DNA of 64,000 nucleotides from an uncultured Actinomycetes bacterium (GTDB lineage Bacteria; Actinomycetota; Actinomycetes; S36-B12): NCBI GenBank assembly GCA_963777085.1, contig CAVZPI010000017.1, positions 81,615 to 145,614 of the forward strand, read 5' to 3'. Shown piece by piece: positions 60,431 to 64,000 of this stretch (position 1 is its first letter; each line of letters starts with the position of its first letter). The notes under the pieces were generated by a model. It saw only the letters and a program-made list of their open reading frames with translations, ran no database searches and was not told where the DNA came from. The position numbers and the translations under genes were made by a program.

Positions 60431-60648
60431 CACACCACGAACCCCCTGCCCTGCGTCTACTCCCCCGTGGCGCAGGGCGGGGCCCCACCCCCTGATCGTC
60501 CCGCTGTCACTGGTCGGCCCGGTGGCAGCGGGACAGCCCTGGGAGGGGCAGTACGCCCGGGCGGCGGCGATTCGATGCTGAAGCCGCCCGGGCGTCACCT
60601 CCCGAGACAACACGACAGCAGTGCCCCCCCCCACGGAAAGGATCCACG

Positions 60649-61493
60649 ATGACAACCAGGTACCTCCTCCGCACCACCGATGCTGACGGCCGCTCTCACG
60701 GCGGCTTCCAGTGGCCCGAATCCGGCCCCGTGTCGGCCCCCGACTGGCTGCCGACCGCCAAGTGCGGCAACGGCCTCCACGGACTCCTCGACGGCGTCGG
60801 CGACGCCGGCCTCCTCAACTGGGCGCCAGACGCCCGATGGCTCGTCGTCACCGTCGACGAGGCCGACATCGTCGACCTTGACGGGAAGGTCAAGGTCCCG
60901 CGTGGCAAGGTGATCCACTGCGGAGACCGGGCGAGCGCCACTGCTGTCCTCGATGGCTTGGGCGCGGCGCTCCTGCCCGTCGTCGGATCCACGCGGACTG
61001 CCGGGTACGCGGGCACAGCGACTGCCGGGGACGCGGGCACAGCGACTGCCGGGGACGCGGGCACAGCGACTGCCGGGGACGCGGGCACAGCGACTGCCGG
61101 GGACGCGGGCACAGCGACTGCCGGGTACGCGGGCACAGCGACTGCCGGGTACGCGGGCACAGCGACTGCCGGGGACGCGGGCACAGCGACTGCCGGGTAC
61201 GCGGGCACAGCGACTGCCGGGGACGGGGCACAGCGACTGCCGGGGACAGGGGCACAGCGACTGCCGGGTACGCGGGCACAGCGACTGCCGGGGACAGGGG
61301 CACAGCGACTGCCGGGAACAGGGGCACAGCGACTGCCGGGGACGCGGGCATCCTCATCATCACCCGCTACGACTCCGAGCGCGGGCTGTACCTGCCCGTC
61401 GTCGCGGTGGTCGGCGAGTCCGGCATCGAACCGGACGTCGCCTACCGGCTAGACGAGAGCGGCCTGTTCGTCCCCGCCGAGGCGACGTCATGA
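60649..61493 (+). pseudogene. octapeptide-repeat (AG[YD]AGTAT) protein resembling ice-nucleation-protein repeats, frameshifted inside the repeat array
   Basis: About 110-aa N-terminal domain (…GGFQWPESGPV..PDW.P...CGNGLHG…). Nine in-frame 8-aa repeats follow, then a 23-nt unit at 61213-61235 that shifts the frame. The remaining units and the C-terminus GDAGILIITRYDSERGLYLPVVAVVGESGIEPDVAYRLDESGLFVPAEATS read in frame 3 and end at TGA 61491-61493, which overlaps the next ATG. Confidence 0.75.
60997..61350. repeat. tandem array of about 14.5 units of 24 bp (ACTGCCGGG[G/T]AC[GC/AG]GGGCACAGCG)
   Basis: Counted unit by unit from 60997. Units differ only at 1-3 positions. Unit 10 (61213-61235) is 23 nt. 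Confidence 0.95.
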
Positions 61494-61891
61494 CCTTCGC
61501 GGAGACGGTCACAGGCCTCGCGCTCCTCGCCGTCACCCTGCTCGTGGTGATCCTGTGGGCGCGTCTGGATCTGGCCAAGGAGCGACTCACCCGCAAGGAC
61601 GATGTCCTCGCGGAGAAGCAGACCCGTCTCGACGCAGCACTCGATGACGCGGATAAGGCATGGGAGCTGTGTCGGAAGCGTCAGGCCCGCATCGACGAGC
61701 TGGACCCGCCGTGCAGCTACATCGAGTTCCCGGTGACTGCGGAGTGGGACAACCACCGCATCGACTGGGACCGGATTAGCCGCGACCAGCCGCAGCGGCG
61801 CCACCCATCCTCGCTGCGCCTGGTCGATGCCACGTGGGACTCGTCGCTGCGCTCGCTCGACGCGGCTTTCGGCGTGGAGAGCACGCCGTGA
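61490..61891 (+). CDS. hypothetical membrane-anchored coiled-coil protein
   Basis: ATGA overlap with the repeat gene. N-terminal transmembrane helix LALLAVTLLVVILWA. Confidence 0.55.
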   Translation: MTFAETVTGLALLAVTLLVVILWARLDLAKERLTRKDDVLAEKQTRLDAALDDADKAWELCRKRQARIDELDPPCSYIEFPVTAEWDNHRIDWDRISRDQPQRRHPSSLRLVDATWDSSLRSLDAAFGVESTP

Positions 61892-62103
61892 ACGCCATCA
61901 CCTACCGCTATTCCGGCAAGAAGCTCACTGGCACGCAGGATGCGTACGTGCGGTCGTGCTTCGGCCGCGACGTCAGGATCGTCCACCTGGGCCGGTGGCG
62001 CGTCGCCTGGACCAGCCCGTGGACCCGCGGCTACTGGGTAGGCCTGGCTGTCGGTGTCTTCGGCATGCTGCTCGGCCGGCTGATCGTGGCATGGTCGTCG
62101 TGA
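61888..62103 (+). CDS. small hypothetical membrane protein
   Basis: GTGA overlap start. C-terminal hydrophobic helix YWVGLAVGVFGMLLGRLIVAW. Confidence 0.4.
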   Translation: MNAITYRYSGKKLTGTQDAYVRSCFGRDVRIVHLGRWRVAWTSPWTRGYWVGLAVGVFGMLLGRLIVAWSS

Positions 62104-62246
62104 ACAGCGTCTGCCCGAAGTGCGGGCTGCCCCTGACTGTGCCGGCCCGCGCGGACGAGCTCGCGCAGGCGGCGACGGTGGAGGTCGACGCCCCCCAGCA
62201 TTGCGCGTCTCACTGTGACGACATCCCGTCGCGGGGTGCCGCGTGA
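62100..62246 (+). CDS. very small hypothetical protein with CxxC motif
   Basis: GTGA overlap start. VNSVCPKCGLPLTV... (48 codons). Confidence 0.35.
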   Translation: MNSVCPKCGLPLTVPARADELAQAATVEVDAPQHCASHCDDIPSRGAA

Positions 62247-62458
62247 TCGGCCTTGGCGAGACCGTCGCCCGCGCCCTCGCGGTGTCGATGCTGGTGTTCG
62301 CGTCCGCGGTCCTCATCCTCGCCGGGGCGTGCGCGGTGCTGTGGGCGCTCCGATGGGTGAAGGACTACCGGGCGCTCAGCATCCGGGAGAGGGGCCTCGC
62401 GGACCAGTGGGTCCGTACCCACCCTCCGCAGCAGTCGGACAGGCGGTGGCGGGCATGA
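62243..62458 (+). CDS. small hypothetical membrane protein
   Basis: GTGA overlap start. Two hydrophobic stretches. Confidence 0.45.
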   Translation: MIGLGETVARALAVSMLVFASAVLILAGACAVLWALRWVKDYRALSIRERGLADQWVRTHPPQQSDRRWRA

Positions 62459-63627
62459 GCACCGTGAAGGTCCTAGACCTGCTGCGCGCCCTCAATGAGA
62501 CGGCACAGAATGACGACCCCAAGGCTGCTGCGCGTCTCCACCCGGGTGAGGTGTCCACGTGGACGCTCACGTCGAGGCTGACCGCCGCGTCACCCCGCCT
62601 GGATGGGCTACCGCATGCCAGCGTCGACCACGCCCAACTGTCGGCGATCGCTGGTGCCGCATCCAGGCGGACCCGCCACGGACGCGAGGACCGCACCCTG
62701 AACCTGGCGCACTGCGGCGACCACTTGGAGATCCGTGACGGCGCCCACGCCACATGGACCCTCCCGGTCATCGACGCCCCACCCGGGCGGCGCGTCGGGG
62801 CGTGCGGACCCGTCCTCCTCGAGCTGAACCGGGAGCAGCTGGCCCACGCGACCACGCCGGCCGTGTGCGCCGCGCGTGACGCTGACGCCCCAGAGGTCCT
62901 CACCCACGTCGAGTGGAGAGAGACCGGGGGCCACCTGCAGGCGCTCGCCACGGACCGGCACCGGCTCGCCGTCGCCGACCTCGACGACGTGCCCGTCCCG
63001 GAAGGCACCCGGCTGCACATCCCCGCCGACGTGGCCCGCGCCCTCACCCACCACACGCCACCCGGAGCCGCCGTCACCGTGCACCAGGCTGGCCTCGCCA
63101 ACATCCGCGGCGGCAGCATCCAAGGCGGAGGTTCGGTCGATCTGTGGATCCACCTGATCTCGACGGCCCCGGACTGGCGGCACACCGTCACCACCATCAC
63201 CGCGGACCCGGTCTCCATCGACATCTCCCAGGTCCTCGCCTCCACTTTGGTCCACTCGTGGGAGGTGACGGTGACCCGTGTCGCGCTGCGCCGCGCCCTC
63301 GACGACGTGCAAGCGGGTGTCCCCGGCCGGCGCGGACCGCTGCGCCTCCACGCCGTCGCCCCGACCCCGACGCAGCGCGGCGGCCTCGCCCTCGACCACT
63401 CCACCCCCGAGCGCAGCGCCCGGGCGTGGATCCCCGCCGCGGGCACACCCCCACCCGATCCCATCCACCTGGACCCCGGCTACCTCGCCGCGGCCCTCGA
63501 CGTCATCACCGGCCCCGTACTGGTCATCGGCGGAGCGGATCCCCGCCACCCGCTCACCGTCCACGGCGACGAACGCGGGCGGCTGTACGTCCTCATGCCC
63601 ATCGCCGCCGGCCCCGCACGCAGATAG
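62455..63627 (+). CDS. DNA polymerase III beta sliding-clamp-like protein (phage-encoded)
   Basis: 390 aa. ATDRHRLAV matches the ATDGHRLA motif of DnaN domain I/II. The C-terminal LYVLMPI resembles the ...MP.. end of clamps. ATGA overlap start. Confidence 0.7.
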   Translation: MSTVKVLDLLRALNETAQNDDPKAAARLHPGEVSTWTLTSRLTAASPRLDGLPHASVDHAQLSAIAGAASRRTRHGREDRTLNLAHCGDHLEIRDGAHATWTLPVIDAPPGRRVGACGPVLLELNREQLAHATTPAVCAARDADAPEVLTHVEWRETGGHLQALATDRHRLAVADLDDVPVPEGTRLHIPADVARALTHHTPPGAAVTVHQAGLANIRGGSIQGGGSVDLWIHLISTAPDWRHTVTTITADPVSIDISQVLASTLVHSWEVTVTRVALRRALDDVQAGVPGRRGPLRLHAVAPTPTQRGGLALDHSTPERSARAWIPAAGTPPPDPIHLDPGYLAAALDVITGPVLVIGGADPRHPLTVHGDERGRLYVLMPIAAGPARR

Positions 63628-63635
63628 GAGACGAC

Positions 63636-63974
63636 ATGACCACCACGCAACTGCTCCTCACTGGGCCGACACGCGCCGACGAGATCGAGACCGCCGCCCG
63701 CCGCGCATGGCGCGAGCACCCCGAGTTCGTCACCGAGCTCGCCCGTCTCGCCCGGGAGGACCGCCGCCTCGACCCGACGGCGCGCCTGTCGATCGGGGAG
63801 CTGTTCGTCGTGGCCCGCCGCAACCTCCGCCAGGCCGGCATCGACGTGCCGGTGAATCACAACTGGCGGCGGCCGTTCGCGTCATGGCTGATGGCGGCGC
63901 ACGAGACCCTCGACGGCGCATTCAACCTGCGCGAGAGCCCATCCGAGCACCAGCCACCCAAGGGCGACGGCTGA
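63636..63974 (+). CDS. hypothetical phage protein
   Basis: RBS TAGGAG 6 nt upstream of ATG 63636. No recognised family. Confidence 0.5.
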   Translation: MTTTQLLLTGPTRADEIETAARRAWREHPEFVTELARLAREDRRLDPTARLSIGELFVVARRNLRQAGIDVPVNHNWRRPFASWLMAAHETLDGAFNLRESPSEHQPPKGDG

Positions 63975-64000
63975 CATGGCCTCCCGCGACTGCACCCACC

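Larger units (their letters stand above)
56692..64000. mobile_element. integrated element 2, prophage-like, continues beyond the window
   Basis: In order: tRNA-Gly 3'-fragment, integrase, ImmA/ImmR-like pair, Cro-like and Xis-like HTH genes, a chain of small overlapping genes, and a beta-clamp-like gene. The right end was not seen. Confidence 0.75.

Noticed and set aside
60997-61350. CRISPR array
   Set aside because: The 24-bp units are contiguous with no spacers. They lie inside a coding frame and encode a regular octapeptide, and there are no cas genes nearby.

Overview
High-GC (about 70% by eye, not computed) actinobacterial chromosome segment. The mycothiol-dependent formaldehyde dehydrogenase, DUF222-HNH, DUF3159 and EttA/SirA-type genes fit a Micrococcales-like genome. 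Nt 1-38,000 is mostly housekeeping and accessory metabolism: tRNA-Arg; a mycothiol formaldehyde-detox pair; a sirA-cysH-siroheme synthase-chelatase sulfur assimilation operon; ettA; pepN; malQ; alpha-glucosidase; prolyl oligopeptidase; nei; and transporters. Nt 38,700-47,700 carries a LuxR regulator and two paralogous three-gene cassettes (GT4 glycosyltransferase, conserved unknown, long GH130-like glycosidase/phosphorylase) separated by an opposite-strand GT4. I rate this cassette pair as the best candidate for an uncharacterised cytoplasmic glycan or glycoside system. Nt 47,700-54,200 holds an rsgA cassette bracketed by 70-nt inverted structured repeats, an ATP-grasp amidoligase, a remnant of a second ATP-grasp gene, and two divergent diguanylate cyclases. 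From nt 54,260 to the window end there are two tandem integrated elements, each starting with a 3'-fragment of tRNA-Gly(TCC) followed by a tyrosine integrase. Element 1 is a decayed 2.3-kb remnant that keeps an XRE-HTH plus AbiEii-type nucleotidyltransferase pair. Element 2 is prophage-like: an ImmR/ImmA/Cro switch, an Xis-like gene, a beta-clamp-like gene, and a gene with about 14.5 near-identical 24-bp repeats encoding an ice-nucleation-protein-like octapeptide array. At least eleven single-nucleotide frame disruptions interrupt otherwise well-conserved genes, so sequencing or assembly indels must be excluded before calling pseudogenes. All family assignments come from reading the translated ORFs by eye; no database search was run. 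Many long ORFs in the supplied track are GC-rich antisense or out-of-frame artefacts and were not called.
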